Below are positions 8,972-19,770 of a stretch of 32,000 nucleotides of DNA, piece after piece. Under the pieces are notes generated by a model that worked only from the letters and a program-made list of their open reading frames with translations, made no database searches and had not been told where the DNA came from. This DNA comes from Pseudoalteromonas sp. G4 (GTDB lineage: Bacteria; Pseudomonadota; Gammaproteobacteria; Enterobacterales; Alteromonadaceae), in contig NZ_JAPEHW010000010.1 of NCBI RefSeq assembly GCF_028875915.1, forward strand, positions 41,455 to 73,454. Direction: 5' to 3'. The position numbers and the translations under genes were made by a program. Within the stretch, counting starts at the first letter, position 1. The number at the start of each line of letters is the position of its first letter.

Positions 8972-10054
8972 ATGATGCTTAAAGACATATCTAACTATAT
9001 TAAGTTACTAGAACACCTTACAAGTTGCGTTTTGTTGGTTGATGGCAAGTTTAAACTTTATTATGCCAATACCAGTGCAAGTGAATTATTTGGTATTAGC
9101 ACCAAACGCATTGTTGCAACTAATTTTGAGCAACTCTTTCATTACCACTCCATTGATTTAAAAAGAATTATTGAAAACACCTTTGATAGCGGAAATGACT
9201 GTGTTCAGCATCGCGCCAATGTAGTTTTTAACGACGGTAGGCACGCTACAATCAGTATTTCGGCACGTCGAATTGAATTGGACAGTCAACTTTTAATGTT
9301 GCTTGAATGCCGCTCTTTAAACCAAGAACTTAAGCATGATCAAGCCTCTCATCAGATGCACCAACAAAGTGCAGCACGAAATTTAATCCGCGGCCTCGCC
9401 CATGAGATTAAAAACCCCCTGGGTGGCATACGAGGCGCAGCGCAGCTGTTACAGTACGAAAGTGACCAACAAGAACGCGTACAATGTGCAAACTTAATTA
9501 TTGAACAAGCCGATCGCCTAACAGAGCTTGTTGACCGACTACTTGGGCCTAATCAATTGCCTAAAAAAGAATGGATCAATATTCACCAAACGCTGGAATC
9601 GGTTATTAAACTAAGCCTACTCGACAACCAGCATAAAATTAAATTAATTAAAGATTACGACCCGAGTATTCCCGATGTTTACATCGATAATGGCAAAATC
9701 CAGCAAGTACTACTTAATATTGTTAAAAATGCACAGCATGCACTTAACAAACTAGCTGAACTTGGCACTATTACACTTAAAACTCGAGTTAAACATCATA
9801 TTAGGCTGCACAACAAAGCATTTAAAAATGCTCTGCTAATTCAAATTATCGATAACGGCCCTGGTATCGATGACTCATTGAAAGAAACTCTTTTCTTTCC
9901 AATGGTTACAAATAAAGATGGCGGTTCAGGCCTGGGTCTTGCCATTGCTCAAACCCTTATTGACCAACATAAGGGCTATATCGAATGCGATAGTTGGCCT
10001 GGCCATACCGAATTTAATATCTATTTACCCCTTTCAAAGGAGAAGCCAGAATGA
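8972..10054 (+). CDS. glnL: Nitrogen regulation sensor histidine kinase NtrB (NR-II)
   Basis: 360-aa ORF with an N-terminal PAS-like region, the H-box GLAHEIKNPLGGIRGAAQLL, the N-box LLNIVKNAQHA and the G-box DNGPGI...GGSGLGLA. It overlaps ntrC by 4 nt. Confidence 0.9.
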   Translation: MMLKDISNYIKLLEHLTSCVLLVDGKFKLYYANTSASELFGISTKRIVATNFEQLFHYHSIDLKRIIENTFDSGNDCVQHRANVVFNDGRHATISISARRIELDSQLLMLLECRSLNQELKHDQASHQMHQQSAARNLIRGLAHEIKNPLGGIRGAAQLLQYESDQQERVQCANLIIEQADRLTELVDRLLGPNQLPKKEWINIHQTLESVIKLSLLDNQHKIKLIKDYDPSIPDVYIDNGKIQQVLLNIVKNAQHALNKLAELGTITLKTRVKHHIRLHNKAFKNALLIQIIDNGPGIDDSLKETLFFPMVTNKDGGSGLGLAIAQTLIDQHKGYIECDSWPGHTEFNIYLPLSKEKPE

Positions 10055-11448
10055 AAACTGTTTGGATAGTTGATGATGATGCTTCGATTCGCTTTGTACT
10101 GGAAAAAGCCCTTAAACGTGCAGGTTTTAGTACAGAATCATTCGCCAGCGCAGAAGCGGCAGCATCAGCACTAGAATACGACCAACCAACAGTGCTTATT
10201 TCTGATGTTAGAATGCCAGGGCAAGATGGCATGTCATTACTTGAAAATATCGTTGAGCAGAACCCTGGATTACCCGTAATTATCATGACGGCCCATTCAG
10301 ACCTCGATTCTGCTGTACAGGCTTTCCAAAAAGGGGCATTTGAATATTTAGCCAAGCCATTTGATTTAAATGAAGCTGTTTCACTTGTTGAAAGCGCATG
10401 CCGAGCAAATACTCGGGTTAAAATCAAACCCAGTAAAATGGAAAAGAAAGCGCCTGATATTATTGGCGAAGCACCTGCAATGCAGGAAGTATTTCGCGCC
10501 ATTGGTAAACTCAGCGCATCAAGTATGAGCGTACTGATTAATGGTGAATCAGGTACAGGTAAAGAGCTTGTCGCAGGTGCCTTGCACAACCATAGCCCGC
10601 GCCGTGAGAAAACCTTTATCGCACTCAATATGGCGGCAATTCCAAAAGATTTAGTTGAATCTGAACTATTTGGTCATGAAAAAGGCGCTTTCACCGGAGC
10701 CGATAGCGTGCGTAAAGGGCGTTTCGAGCAAGCCAACGGTGGTACGTTATTCCTCGATGAAATTGGCGATATGCCGCTTGATGTGCAAACACGTCTTTTA
10801 CGGGTGTTGGCTGATGGTGAGTTTTATCGTGTTGGAGGGCACCAAAGTATTAAGGTCGATGTACGTATTATTGCCGCTACCCACCAAGACTTAGAAAAGC
10901 TCGCCCGTGAAGGCAAATTCCGCGAAGATTTATTTCACCGCTTAAATGTGGTGCGTTTAAAATTGCCTCCTCTACGAGAACGAAGTGAAGACATCGAACA
11001 ACTCGCTAATTACTTCTTAGATAGAAGTGCTAAAGAGCTCAAAGTAGACAGCAAAATACTCTCTAAAGAAGCCGCTAAAAAAATGATGGGATTTGCTTGG
11101 CCAGGAAATGTTCGTCAGTTAGAAAACACCTGCCGCTGGCTTACCGTAATGACTCCAGGGCAACTCATCAGCATTGAAGACTTACCAAACGAAATCACAG
11201 ATCAGCAAAAGCATAGCGAAAGCAGCCAAGATTCAGACTGGCAGCAACAATTTCAAACTTGGTTTGAAAGCGAGCTAAAACAAGGCAAACACAATATTTG
11301 GCCAGATATTCAAAATAAAATAGAAAGCCAAATTATTAAAAGTGCATTAAAACATAGTAATGGCCACAAGCAAGATGCCGCCCAATTAATTGGTTGGGGG
11401 CGAAATACGCTCACACGAAAATTAAAAGAGCTAAATATAGAGCAATAG
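10051..11448 (+). CDS. glnG: Sigma-54-dependent response regulator NtrC (NR-I)
   Basis: 465-aa ORF with a receiver domain ([11 protein letters not shown]...SDVRMPG), an AAA+ domain ([21 protein letters not shown]) and a C-terminal Fis-type HTH ([19 protein letters not shown]). Confidence 0.92.
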   Translation: MKTVWIVDDDASIRFVLEKALKRAGFSTESFASAEAAASALEYDQPTVLISDVRMPGQDGMSLLENIVEQNPGLPVIIMTAHSDLDSAVQAFQKGAFEYLAKPFDLNEAVSLVESACRANTRVKIKPSKMEKKAPDIIGEAPAMQEVFRAIGKLSASSMSVLINGESGTGKELVAGALHNHSPRREKTFIALNMAAIPKDLVESELFGHEKGAFTGADSVRKGRFEQANGGTLFLDEIGDMPLDVQTRLLRVLADGEFYRVGGHQSIKVDVRIIAATHQDLEKLAREGKFREDLFHRLNVVRLKLPPLRERSEDIEQLANYFLDRSAKELKVDSKILSKEAAKKMMGFAWPGNVRQLENTCRWLTVMTPGQLISIEDLPNEITDQQKHSESSQDSDWQQQFQTWFESELKQGKHNIWPDIQNKIESQIIKSALKHSNGHKQDAAQLIGWGRNTLTRKLKELNIEQ

Positions 11449-11464
11449 CGTTAAATCTATTAAA

Positions 11465-11515
11465 CTGAATTAACCGACTGTTTTATCTCATTTTAGAGTG
11501 GCGGTAATTCAGTTT
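11465..11515 (+). terminator. Possible weak terminator/attenuator hairpin after ntrC
   Basis: ctgaattaaccg (11465-11476) pairs imperfectly with cggtaattcag (11502-11512) and is followed only by TTT. The loop is long (about 25 nt), so this is weak. Confidence 0.25.
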
Positions 11516-11566
11516 AAGTGCAATATTTAAAGCTCTAATTAGTTAGAGAATGCAGCGGGAAATTAT

Positions 11567-14500
11567 ATGATAAGCACGGAATCTCTAGTATCGAGTTTTT
11601 CCAAGCGCTATAAATTAGCGCTTTTTGCTATCGCGATTTTAATTTCGTGCTCATTCTTCATCATTACGCTAGAGCAAAAACAACAAGAAAGCTACGCCAA
11701 TATTATTAACAAAGCTGGTGAGCAACGCATGCTTTCTCAACGTATTGCGCTGTTAGCCACGCATATTCTTGCCCATGATAATGAACAAGCACATCACCAA
11801 CTTTTAGCACAAGCTGTAACTAAATTACGTAACAACCAAACGCAATTAATGCAGCAATTAAACCTTTTTGATGAACAATCTCAAATTGAAATCACTGCGG
11901 TTTATCAAAACGAGAAGCTCCTTTCTTCGCGCCTTGAAGAGTATATAAATAGCGCGTTATTGCTTACACAAAAACAAACACTTTCAGAATCGCAACGTGC
12001 ATTATTTGAGGTCGAAAATAGCAGCAAACTACTTGCCGATTTGCACTTAGTGGTTACCTTGTTTGAAAAGGCTGTGATAAAAGACAAACAAGCCCACAAC
12101 GAGCTGATTTATCTCACTTGGCTAGGTGCGTTAATTTGTTTACTTGGACTTGCATTTATTCTTCTTAAACCAGCTCAGTCTTGGTTGGCAGATACCTATA
12201 CTAAATTACTTATAGAACGCAATCGTGCCGCTGATTTTGAATTTGCACTTAATAAACACTCTGTCGTAATCCAAGTTGATCAACATACGAATATTCTTTA
12301 TTACAATAAAATGTTCAGCCACTTTTATGGTTACCAGCCAGGTGAATTAATCAATCAAGTCACTCAGGTATTACGTAGTAACTACCATGATGAAAGCTAT
12401 TACAATGAAATAACCGATGCGCTTAAAAATCACAAAGTGTGGCATGGGGAGATCTGTAATAAAGCAAAAAGTGGCCAAGTTTGCTGGTTTAGTACCACCA
12501 TAGTGCCCTTACGCAGTGATGACGAAAAAAATAGAAAATCGATTATTATTCAAAATGATATTACTGAGCAAAAACACGCTGAGTTTGCCTTAAAACGACT
12601 TCATGAAATCACCAGCAACCTTACAAGCTCACTAGACGATAAAATTAACGCAATGCTACAACTTGGCTGTGACATTTTTCAGCTGCCTTTTGGTATTGTG
12701 AGTGAAATTAACGATAACTACAAAGTGCTTTATAGCGTTTGTCCAAACAATGAGATTTTACCAAATCAAGAGTTTGAATTTGAGAACACCTACTGCTTTC
12801 ACACTTTTAATGCCAATAAAGCAATAGCATACAATCATGTAGCAAAAAGCGAAATTGCAGCACACCCCTGCTATAAAAACTTTGGTTTAGAAAGTTACAT
12901 TGGCTGCCCAATTTTTGTTGAAAATAAACGCTTTGGAACGCTTAACTTTTCCAGCCCAGAAACATCTCCTCATCCATTTACAAATAGCGATCTCGAAATA
13001 ATTCGCTTATTTGCGCACTGGATAGGGTTTGAGATGATGCGCATTAAACAGCAAGAAAAGTTATTGTCTCAGCAACAATTAATGGAAGAAATGAGTGAGC
13101 AGGCACAAATTGGTGCTTGGGAATATAACGTGCCTAACAATACGCTTTACTGGTCTAGTATGACAAAGCACATTCATGAAGTAGACGAAGACTTTGAGCC
13201 TGTTGTAGAGACTGCTATTGATTATTACAAAGAAGGTGAAAACCGCGAACGAATTGCCGAGTTAATGCGCTTGGCCATTGAAGAGGGTAAGCCTTTCCAA
13301 GAAGAATTAGAGCTTATCACCGCAAAAGGAAACGAAATCTGGGTTGCAGCACGTGCCCAACCTGAAATCATAAACGGCCAATGTTTACGCGTTTTTGGTT
13401 CATTCCAAGATATTACCGACCGGATAGCAGCGCAAAACACTCTAAAAGACACCAACCAACGCTTACAGTTTGTACTTGCATCAACCAGTGTAGGTATTTG
13501 GGATTGGGATGTTGAAAGCGGTAAAACCACATTTAATGAGCGCTGGGCAACTACGGTTGGCTATACACTTGATGAATTAGCCCCGACTTCAGTTGATACC
13601 TGGATGAGTCTTCTGCATCCTGAAGATTTAGCAAAAGCAGAGCAACAACTCCAGCTACACTGGCAAGGCGAAGCGGAACATTACAGTTGTGAAACCCGCA
13701 TGAAGCATAAAAACGGCGATTGGGTATGGGTACTCGACACCGGTAAAATTGTAGAATGGCATGCTGACGGCACTCCGAAGCGAATGATAGGTACACACCT
13801 TGATATTCACCAATCTAAACAAGCCGAAATTGAAATTCAGGATAAAAACGAGCGAATGGCGCTCGCTGCTGATTCCGCTGGTATTGGTATTTGGGATTAC
13901 AATGTTCAAACTCAAGATCTAAAATGGGATGAGTGGATGTTCAAACTATATGGTGTTGAACATACTGACTTTATGGGGGCGTATGAAGCGTGGGAAAAAG
14001 GCCTGCACCCTGATGATAAAGCAAAAGCCGTAGCAGCATTAGAACATGCGCTCGAAACCAATTCAAAGTTTGATACTGAATTTAGGATCATCACACCCGA
14101 GGGGAAAACACGTTATCTCAAAGCCGCCGCTTTCAACAAGCTTGATAACACTGGCAAAGTATCGAACATGATAGGTGTGAACTACGATATTACAGAGCGT
14201 GTTGAAAATGAGTTAGCACTTACAAAAGCCAAGGTAGAAGCTGAGGCTGCTGTTATCGCAAAAGATGAATTTTTAGCAAGTATGAGTCATGAAATTCGCA
14301 CCCCTATGAATGGTGTTATTGGCATGTTGGATCTACTTTATGATAGCCCACTAGACGATGAGCAACATCACCGTGTTTCGATTGCTAAAAACAGTGCAAA
14401 TTCATTACTCAATTTGATTAATGACATTCTTGATTTCTCAAAAATTGAAGCGGATAAATTAGAACTTGAACATATTCAATTCGATTTACATTTATTACTT

Positions 14501-15841
14501 TCAGAATTAGCGGAACTGTTCGCCATGCGTGCAGAGAAAAAAGGGCTTGAACTGATTTTAGATACATCAAGCTTAAGCGAACACAGTATAATTGGTGACC
14601 CAAGTCGCATTCGCCAAATTCTCTCCAATCTAATCGGCAATGCGATTAAATTTACACACCAAGGCGAAATAGTAATAAGTGCTTTACTTGAAAATGAAAG
14701 CACAGAGTACTGGCGACTTAAACTCGCTGTTAAAGATACTGGTATTGGCATCGCAGCAGATAAACAACAACAGGTGTTTGAACTATTTAGCCAAGAAGAC
14801 TCTTCAACAACACGTAATTACGGTGGTACAGGGCTTGGCTTAGCCATTGTTAAAAAACTGTGTAATCGCATGAATGGTGATGTTTCATTAATAAGCCAGC
14901 AAAATAAAGGCAGTGAGTTTATCTGTGATGTTCGTGTTACTAAGGCTAAACAAAACAAGCTATTACAGCCCACAACTTCTATAAACAACCTAAATATTTT
15001 GGTAGTTGATGATAACCAAACAAACTGTGAAATTCTGACAAAGCAGCTTGTAAACTGGGGAGCAAAGGTCAGTTCATGTAACAGTGCACAAGAAGCACTA
15101 AGCTTATGCCGTACCAAAATAGATGAAGCAATTGAATTTGATGTAGCCATACTCGATATGCAAATGCCACAAATGAGTGGTGATATGCTTGCTAAAGAAA
15201 TGCAAGCCGACCCTAAGCTTGCCAATATTAAACTGATTATGATGACGTCGATGCAACATAAAGGTGATGCCAAATATTTTGCAGATATTGGCTTTAGCGG
15301 GTATTTCCCAAAACCTGCCACCAGCGCAGATTTACTCGCTGCACTGCAAATTATTGTAGACAATGGCGAACCACTGAAACAAGCGAAGCCATTGCTAACT
15401 AGGCATTATATTAACGAATTGAGTGCACCAGAAAATAATTTAAAAGACTTAGTTTTACCTAAATTAAATATTTTGTTGGTCGAAGATAACAAAGTAAATC
15501 AATTAGTTGCTAAAGGCATATTAGCAAAGCTTAACCAACAATGTGAGCTGGCTGAAAATGGCCTTGAAGCACTTGCCACACTGAAACAAGCAAAAACGCC
15601 ATTCGACGTTATTTTTATGGATATCCAAATGCCCGAAATGGATGGTTTTCAAGCCACAAAAGCTATTCGTGAGGGGCAAGCCGGTGAACTTCATCAAAAC
15701 ACCACCATCATCGCAATGACAGCAAATGCAATGGAAGGCGATAAAGAAAAATGCCTTAACGCTGGTATGAATGAATATATATCTAAGCCCATTTCAATTG
15801 ATGATGTTGAAAGTACCTTAGTTAGTGTTGTGAATTCATAG
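11567..15841 (+). CDS. Hybrid sensor histidine kinase: PilJ/NarX-type periplasmic N-domain, PAS, GAF, three further PAS/PAC modules, HisKA, HATPase and two receiver domains
   Basis: 1424-aa ORF. GEQRMLSQRIA is a P-box-like periplasmic motif. There are several PAS/PAC repeats (e.g. VGIWDWDVESGKTTFNERW, IGIWDYNVQTQDLKWDEW). H-box FLASMSHEIRTPMNGVIG and G-box GGTGLGLAIVKKL are present. The two receivers are ILVVDDNQTN...DMQMPQMSG and ILLVEDNKVN...DIQMPEMDG. Confidence 0.88.
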   Translation: MISTESLVSSFSKRYKLALFAIAILISCSFFIITLEQKQQESYANIINKAGEQRMLSQRIALLATHILAHDNEQAHHQLLAQAVTKLRNNQTQLMQQLNLFDEQSQIEITAVYQNEKLLSSRLEEYINSALLLTQKQTLSESQRALFEVENSSKLLADLHLVVTLFEKAVIKDKQAHNELIYLTWLGALICLLGLAFILLKPAQSWLADTYTKLLIERNRAADFEFALNKHSVVIQVDQHTNILYYNKMFSHFYGYQPGELINQVTQVLRSNYHDESYYNEITDALKNHKVWHGEICNKAKSGQVCWFSTTIVPLRSDDEKNRKSIIIQNDITEQKHAEFALKRLHEITSNLTSSLDDKINAMLQLGCDIFQLPFGIVSEINDNYKVLYSVCPNNEILPNQEFEFENTYCFHTFNANKAIAYNHVAKSEIAAHPCYKNFGLESYIGCPIFVENKRFGTLNFSSPETSPHPFTNSDLEIIRLFAHWIGFEMMRIKQQEKLLSQQQLMEEMSEQAQIGAWEYNVPNNTLYWSSMTKHIHEVDEDFEPVVETAIDYYKEGENRERIAELMRLAIEEGKPFQEELELITAKGNEIWVAARAQPEIINGQCLRVFGSFQDITDRIAAQNTLKDTNQRLQFVLASTSVGIWDWDVESGKTTFNERWATTVGYTLDELAPTSVDTWMSLLHPEDLAKAEQQLQLHWQGEAEHYSCETRMKHKNGDWVWVLDTGKIVEWHADGTPKRMIGTHLDIHQSKQAEIEIQDKNERMALAADSAGIGIWDYNVQTQDLKWDEWMFKLYGVEHTDFMGAYEAWEKGLHPDDKAKAVAALEHALETNSKFDTEFRIITPEGKTRYLKAAAFNKLDNTGKVSNMIGVNYDITERVENELALTKAKVEAEAAVIAKDEFLASMSHEIRTPMNGVIGMLDLLYDSPLDDEQHHRVSIAKNSANSLLNLINDILDFSKIEADKLELEHIQFDLHLLLSELAELFAMRAEKKGLELILDTSSLSEHSIIGDPSRIRQILSNLIGNAIKFTHQGEIVISALLENESTEYWRLKLAVKDTGIGIAADKQQQVFELFSQEDSSTTRNYGGTGLGLAIVKKLCNRMNGDVSLISQQNKGSEFICDVRVTKAKQNKLLQPTTSINNLNILVVDDNQTNCEILTKQLVNWGAKVSSCNSAQEALSLCRTKIDEAIEFDVAILDMQMPQMSGDMLAKEMQADPKLANIKLIMMTSMQHKGDAKYFADIGFSGYFPKPATSADLLAALQIIVDNGEPLKQAKPLLTRHYINELSAPENNLKDLVLPKLNILLVEDNKVNQLVAKGILAKLNQQCELAENGLEALATLKQAKTPFDVIFMDIQMPEMDGFQATKAIREGQAGELHQNTTIIAMTANAMEGDKEKCLNAGMNEYISKPISIDDVESTLVSVVNS

Positions 15842-16000
15842 TCGTACCTTGCAATCATCCAATAAGCAAAAACCATAAAAACATAACAAATTGAAATTAA
15901 ATAATATATTTCTACCGACTTTGGTCTCAGTAAGTGGACGATAGCATTTAAACTAACTAATATTGTTTAGGTAATACAATTTACATTCGGGAATTTTATA

Positions 16001-16654
16001 TTGTCCTCTTCTCTAAAACATCTCTTGTTAAGCTTAACCCTACTCGCTCTTTTTGAGGCTAAAGCCAGTGTTACTCTTTTAATTACAGATCAGCACAGCC
16101 AACCTCTAGAAAATGCGCTTATTGAAATAGAGCTCAAGCAAAAAAACGCACGAAAGCAAGCAGACAAAAACCTTTATGTAATGGACCAAATTAACAAAAC
16201 ATTCAAACCTCATATTTTAGCTATTCCACAACATGCTTTGGTAAATTTTCCCAATAGTGATGATATTCGTCACCATGTTTACTCGTTTTCAAAAGTTAAG
16301 CCCTTTGAGTTGAAGCTATACGCAGGAAAACCTAAATCACCTATTTCATTTGAACAATTAGGTGTTGCCGTTTTAGGGTGCAATATTCATGATTCAATGG
16401 TGGGATATATTTATATTCACGATAACAATCTAATCTACCAAAGCGATAGTAGCGGCATAATAAATCTCGAAGCTCCCATCAATTCAATTGCTAACGCGTG
16501 GCTTTGGCACCCAAGAAACAGCAAAGGGGTAAACCAAAAGGAAATAATCGACGTAAATACCCTAACTCAAAATGATAGCCCTGTAATAAAACTAACTATT
16601 ATGCCGCCTGAAACTAGAGAAAGCTTTGAAGATGTTTTTAAATCAGCTCAATAA
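16001..16654 (+). CDS. Secreted protein of unknown function
   Basis: 217-aa ORF with a TTG start. It has a signal peptide (LLLSLTLLALFEAKA) and a beta-rich sequence containing several His residues (RHHVYSF, CNIHDSM). I do not recognise the family with confidence. It overlaps the next gene by 29 nt, so it is probably co-transcribed. Confidence 0.5.
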   Translation: MSSSLKHLLLSLTLLALFEAKASVTLLITDQHSQPLENALIEIELKQKNARKQADKNLYVMDQINKTFKPHILAIPQHALVNFPNSDDIRHHVYSFSKVKPFELKLYAGKPKSPISFEQLGVAVLGCNIHDSMVGYIYIHDNNLIYQSDSSGIINLEAPINSIANAWLWHPRNSKGVNQKEIIDVNTLTQNDSPVIKLTIMPPETRESFEDVFKSAQ

Positions 16655-18965
16655 ACTCGGGTTAAAGTCACAAATAACTTGGCTTTCTGCTTTTTTAATC
16701 ATTATTACAGCCACTTTATTAACAGCCAATTATTGGCTGACAACGGCTGATTATGTGGAACAACAACTCAAACAGCAGATCCATTTTGCACACAATGTGT
16801 TACAGCAGAATTTAAAACAACAAGAGCAAGTTCTCATCACCAGTGCCAACGTGCTTACTGCTGACTTTGGCTTTAAACAAGCTGTAGCAACACTAGACAC
16901 AAAAACCCTACAAAGCGCCTTACTTAATCATAGCCAACGAATTAAAGCTGATTTAATGGTTTTGGTTGACCTTAATGGGGAGTTTATAGCGAGCAATGAT
17001 CAAACTCACTATACATCGAAACTAGTGCAAGAGCATATAAAGTCAATGCCGTTTAAAACCGCGCAAGCTCAAATATTAAGTATTCAAGACAATGTTTATC
17101 AAATTATTTTAGTGCCTGTAAAAGCACCTAGAACAATTGGATATGCAATTATTGGCTTTCGATTTGACCAATCGACACTACGTCAATTACGAGAGCTTCT
17201 ATCATTAGATATCAGCTTTATTTCAGGTAAGATAATTTTTCAGTCTAGCTTGTCTGAAAGCAGTCTTGCCAATGAAAACCTTATGGCGCCAAATCAACAA
17301 GGAATACAATTATTACTTTCGTCAGCGAAATTTTTTCATCAAACTATTGAACTGAAAAATACCCAAAATATCAGTGTGGTACTTTCAGCGTCTTTACAAC
17401 AAATTCATAGCGACTTTAAACGCTTAGTAGTGGCAACGATTATCGCTACACTGTTAATTTTAATTTTTGCTATCAGCTTTTCGCGGGTTTTATCTAAACG
17501 CGTGACTCACCCTTTAAAAAAGCTTATGGGGCTAACTAAAGGTATTAGTGCAGGCAATTTTGTGGTGCCAAAAGTGGAAGGTAGCTTCCCAAATGAACTT
17601 GCTAAGCTCTATCAAGATTTTGAAGTGATGAGTAATGCCATTAAGCAAAGAGAGCAAAAAATAACGTACCAAGCAGAAAGAGATTTATTAACTGGCCTTA
17701 ATAATCGTTATAAAACACTGAGCGACCTTAATTTACTGTTTTCTCAAAACATCCAAATAGCAGTTATTAACTTTAATATTAAAGGCTTTAAAACATTAAA
17801 TGACACAATAGGTACGGTTAATGGGGATAAGATTTTACAAGAAATAGCCAAACGCTTAAACCATTACAAAAAGCTTTCTCAATCGAGTGAATACACCTTA
17901 CTTTCGCGATTGCATGCAGATGAATTTTTAATTGCTATCAACATTTCCAATGTAAAACAAATAAACAACATCATTACACAGCTGCGTAATGAACTCGAGC
18001 GCCCTTTCTATATCGATGAAATTGTACTCTCACTACAGCTCTACTATGGCATTGCCAATTCGATTGAGCATGGAAATAACAGCGAAAAGTTAATTCGAAG
18101 AGCTTCTATGGCAGCATCCAATGCGGTAAAAAATAATAGTACCTTACTTTTTTACCAAGACGGTGATGACGAAGCATATCTTTATAAGCTTAATTTAATT
18201 GAAGAACTTAAAGAAGCGCTGGAACAAGATGGCTCGAACCTATTTTTAAATTATCAACCCAAGCTCAATTTAAAAACCAAAAAAGTGGATAAAGCAGAGG
18301 CACTTATTCGTTGGATAAACAAAGAGGGAGAGTTTGTTAACCCAGAGCTATTTGTTGCGCTTGCAGAACAATCAGGATTAATCGTTACATTAACGCAATG
18401 GGTGATTCGCCAAGCAGTAATGCAGATTTCACTTTGGAATGAACAACAGTTTAGTCTTAATGTTTCAATTAACTTATCTGCGCAAGATATTCAACATGAG
18501 CAATTTGTATATTTTTTGCTTGAGACGACCGCAGAATATGGAGTTGATCCATCCAATATCATTCTCGAACTAACAGAACGTGATATCGCCGATAATGAAG
18601 CATTGGTTGTGTCGCGCTTAACACATTTAAAATCGTTAGGTTTTGAAATTTCTGTTGACGATTATGGCATCGGTCAATCTTCACTCGCAAAGCTCAAAAA
18701 CCTGCCTGTTGATGAACTAAAAATCGATAAATGCTTTATTCTTAAACTTGATGAATCTCAGGAAGATCAAGATATCGTCGCATCAACAATCGCCCTTGGC
18801 CATAAGCTGGGTCTCAGAGTGGTCGCTGAGGGGGTTGAGAATTTGGCAAGCCTTGAATTACTCAAACAATTTAACTGTGACTATATTCAAGGATATTACC
18901 TTGCAAAGCCGCTCAAGGCTGAGCAATTAACTCAATGGTATTTTGACTATGTTTCGGCTTCTTAG
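16626..18965 (+). CDS. Membrane c-di-GMP protein: periplasmic sensor domain between two TM helices, HAMP, degenerate GGDEF and an intact EAL domain
   Basis: 779-aa ORF. TM1 is ITWLSAFLIIITATLLTA and TM2 is VVATIIATLLILIFAISF. The region after TM2 is HAMP-like. The GG(D/E)EF position reads RLHADEF. The EAL domain has EALIRW, DDYGIGQSSL and ELKIDKCF. The exact start (16626 or 16632) is uncertain. Confidence 0.85.
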   Translation: MKMFLNQLNKLGLKSQITWLSAFLIIITATLLTANYWLTTADYVEQQLKQQIHFAHNVLQQNLKQQEQVLITSANVLTADFGFKQAVATLDTKTLQSALLNHSQRIKADLMVLVDLNGEFIASNDQTHYTSKLVQEHIKSMPFKTAQAQILSIQDNVYQIILVPVKAPRTIGYAIIGFRFDQSTLRQLRELLSLDISFISGKIIFQSSLSESSLANENLMAPNQQGIQLLLSSAKFFHQTIELKNTQNISVVLSASLQQIHSDFKRLVVATIIATLLILIFAISFSRVLSKRVTHPLKKLMGLTKGISAGNFVVPKVEGSFPNELAKLYQDFEVMSNAIKQREQKITYQAERDLLTGLNNRYKTLSDLNLLFSQNIQIAVINFNIKGFKTLNDTIGTVNGDKILQEIAKRLNHYKKLSQSSEYTLLSRLHADEFLIAINISNVKQINNIITQLRNELERPFYIDEIVLSLQLYYGIANSIEHGNNSEKLIRRASMAASNAVKNNSTLLFYQDGDDEAYLYKLNLIEELKEALEQDGSNLFLNYQPKLNLKTKKVDKAEALIRWINKEGEFVNPELFVALAEQSGLIVTLTQWVIRQAVMQISLWNEQQFSLNVSINLSAQDIQHEQFVYFLLETTAEYGVDPSNIILELTERDIADNEALVVSRLTHLKSLGFEISVDDYGIGQSSLAKLKNLPVDELKIDKCFILKLDESQEDQDIVASTIALGHKLGLRVVAEGVENLASLELLKQFNCDYIQGYYLAKPLKAEQLTQWYFDYVSAS

Positions 18966-19770
18966 TTGCTTCTTATTTTTTTCAGCATTTTATTGCTCTG
19001 CAAATGGCAAAATTCTCGCTACGCCTGGTGTATCTCAAGTTGAAGGCGCAGCTGGCGGAGGTCTAGTGCCGTGGGCTCAGCTTGCGGGATATGCCACCGA
19101 AGATGAATGGGCACTTTCGGGGTTTTGTACGCAAGCGAATGTCGATGACTTTGAACTAAGTACATGTGGTTTTCAAGCAAACTTATTTGACCGCGTTGAA
19201 TTTTCTTATGCTGAGCAAAAGTTTGATGTACTCCCGCTTTCAACCACCTTAAAACAAAATATTATTGGTACCAAAGTAAGGCTTTATGGCGATCTTGTAT
19301 ATAGCCGTTATCCGCAACTTTCATTTGGTATTCAGCACAAACAACTAGATACCGCCGATATTGCTTTTGCCCTTGATGCAGAAGATGACTCTGGTACCGA
19401 TTTCTACCTTGCAGCCAGTAAGCTGCATTTAGGCGCGCTTGCTGGCTACAACTTACTTTGGAATGCCACGCTGCGCCACACCTCAGCCAATGAAATGGGG
19501 CTACTTGGCTTCGGTGGTTCAAAGCAAAGTAGTTGGCTACAAGTTGAGGCATCTACTGCAATTTTAATAAGTAAAAATCTTGCTATTGGCACTGAATATC
19601 GCCAAAAACCAAACAACTTGGGGCTAAAAGAAGATAACTGGCATGATATATTTGTTGCGTGGTTTCCCAATAAACATCTCAGCATTACCGCGGCCTATAT
19701 CAATTTAGGTACCATTGCCGGCATCGAGAAACAACAAGGATGGTACATTTCATTAATGGGGTATTTTTAA
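18943..19770 (+). CDS. DUF3034-like secreted/outer-membrane protein
   Basis: 275-aa ORF with a signal peptide (FRLLSCFLFFSAFYCSA). ATPGVSQVEGAAGGGLVPWAQLAGY resembles the DUF3034 N-terminal signature from memory. It has an alternating beta-strand pattern and a C-terminal aromatic residue (...YISLMGYF), as in outer-membrane barrels. Confidence 0.55.
   Translation: MTMFRLLSCFLFFSAFYCSANGKILATPGVSQVEGAAGGGLVPWAQLAGYATEDEWALSGFCTQANVDDFELSTCGFQANLFDRVEFSYAEQKFDVLPLSTTLKQNIIGTKVRLYGDLVYSRYPQLSFGIQHKQLDTADIAFALDAEDDSGTDFYLAASKLHLGALAGYNLLWNATLRHTSANEMGLLGFGGSKQSSWLQVEASTAILISKNLAIGTEYRQKPNNLGLKEDNWHDIFVAWFPNKHLSITAAYINLGTIAGIEKQQGWYISLMGYF

Noticed and set aside
10014-10628. 204-aa minus-strand ORF
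   Set aside because: It is antisense to the well-supported ntrB/ntrC genes. The translation is low-complexity (Ser/Ala/Leu-rich) with no motif. It is a typical shadow ORF.
14818-15363. 181-aa minus-strand ORF, and other minus-strand ORFs between 11905 and 15876
   Set aside because: They are antisense to the hybrid kinase gene, whose frame carries clear HisKA/HATPase/receiver motifs. The shadow ORFs show no motifs.
19740-19769. Upstream start (MVHFINGVFL) for the truncated haemoglobin gene
   Set aside because: It lies inside the preceding gene. ATG 19770 overlaps that gene's stop (TAATG) and begins a textbook lipoprotein signal peptide.
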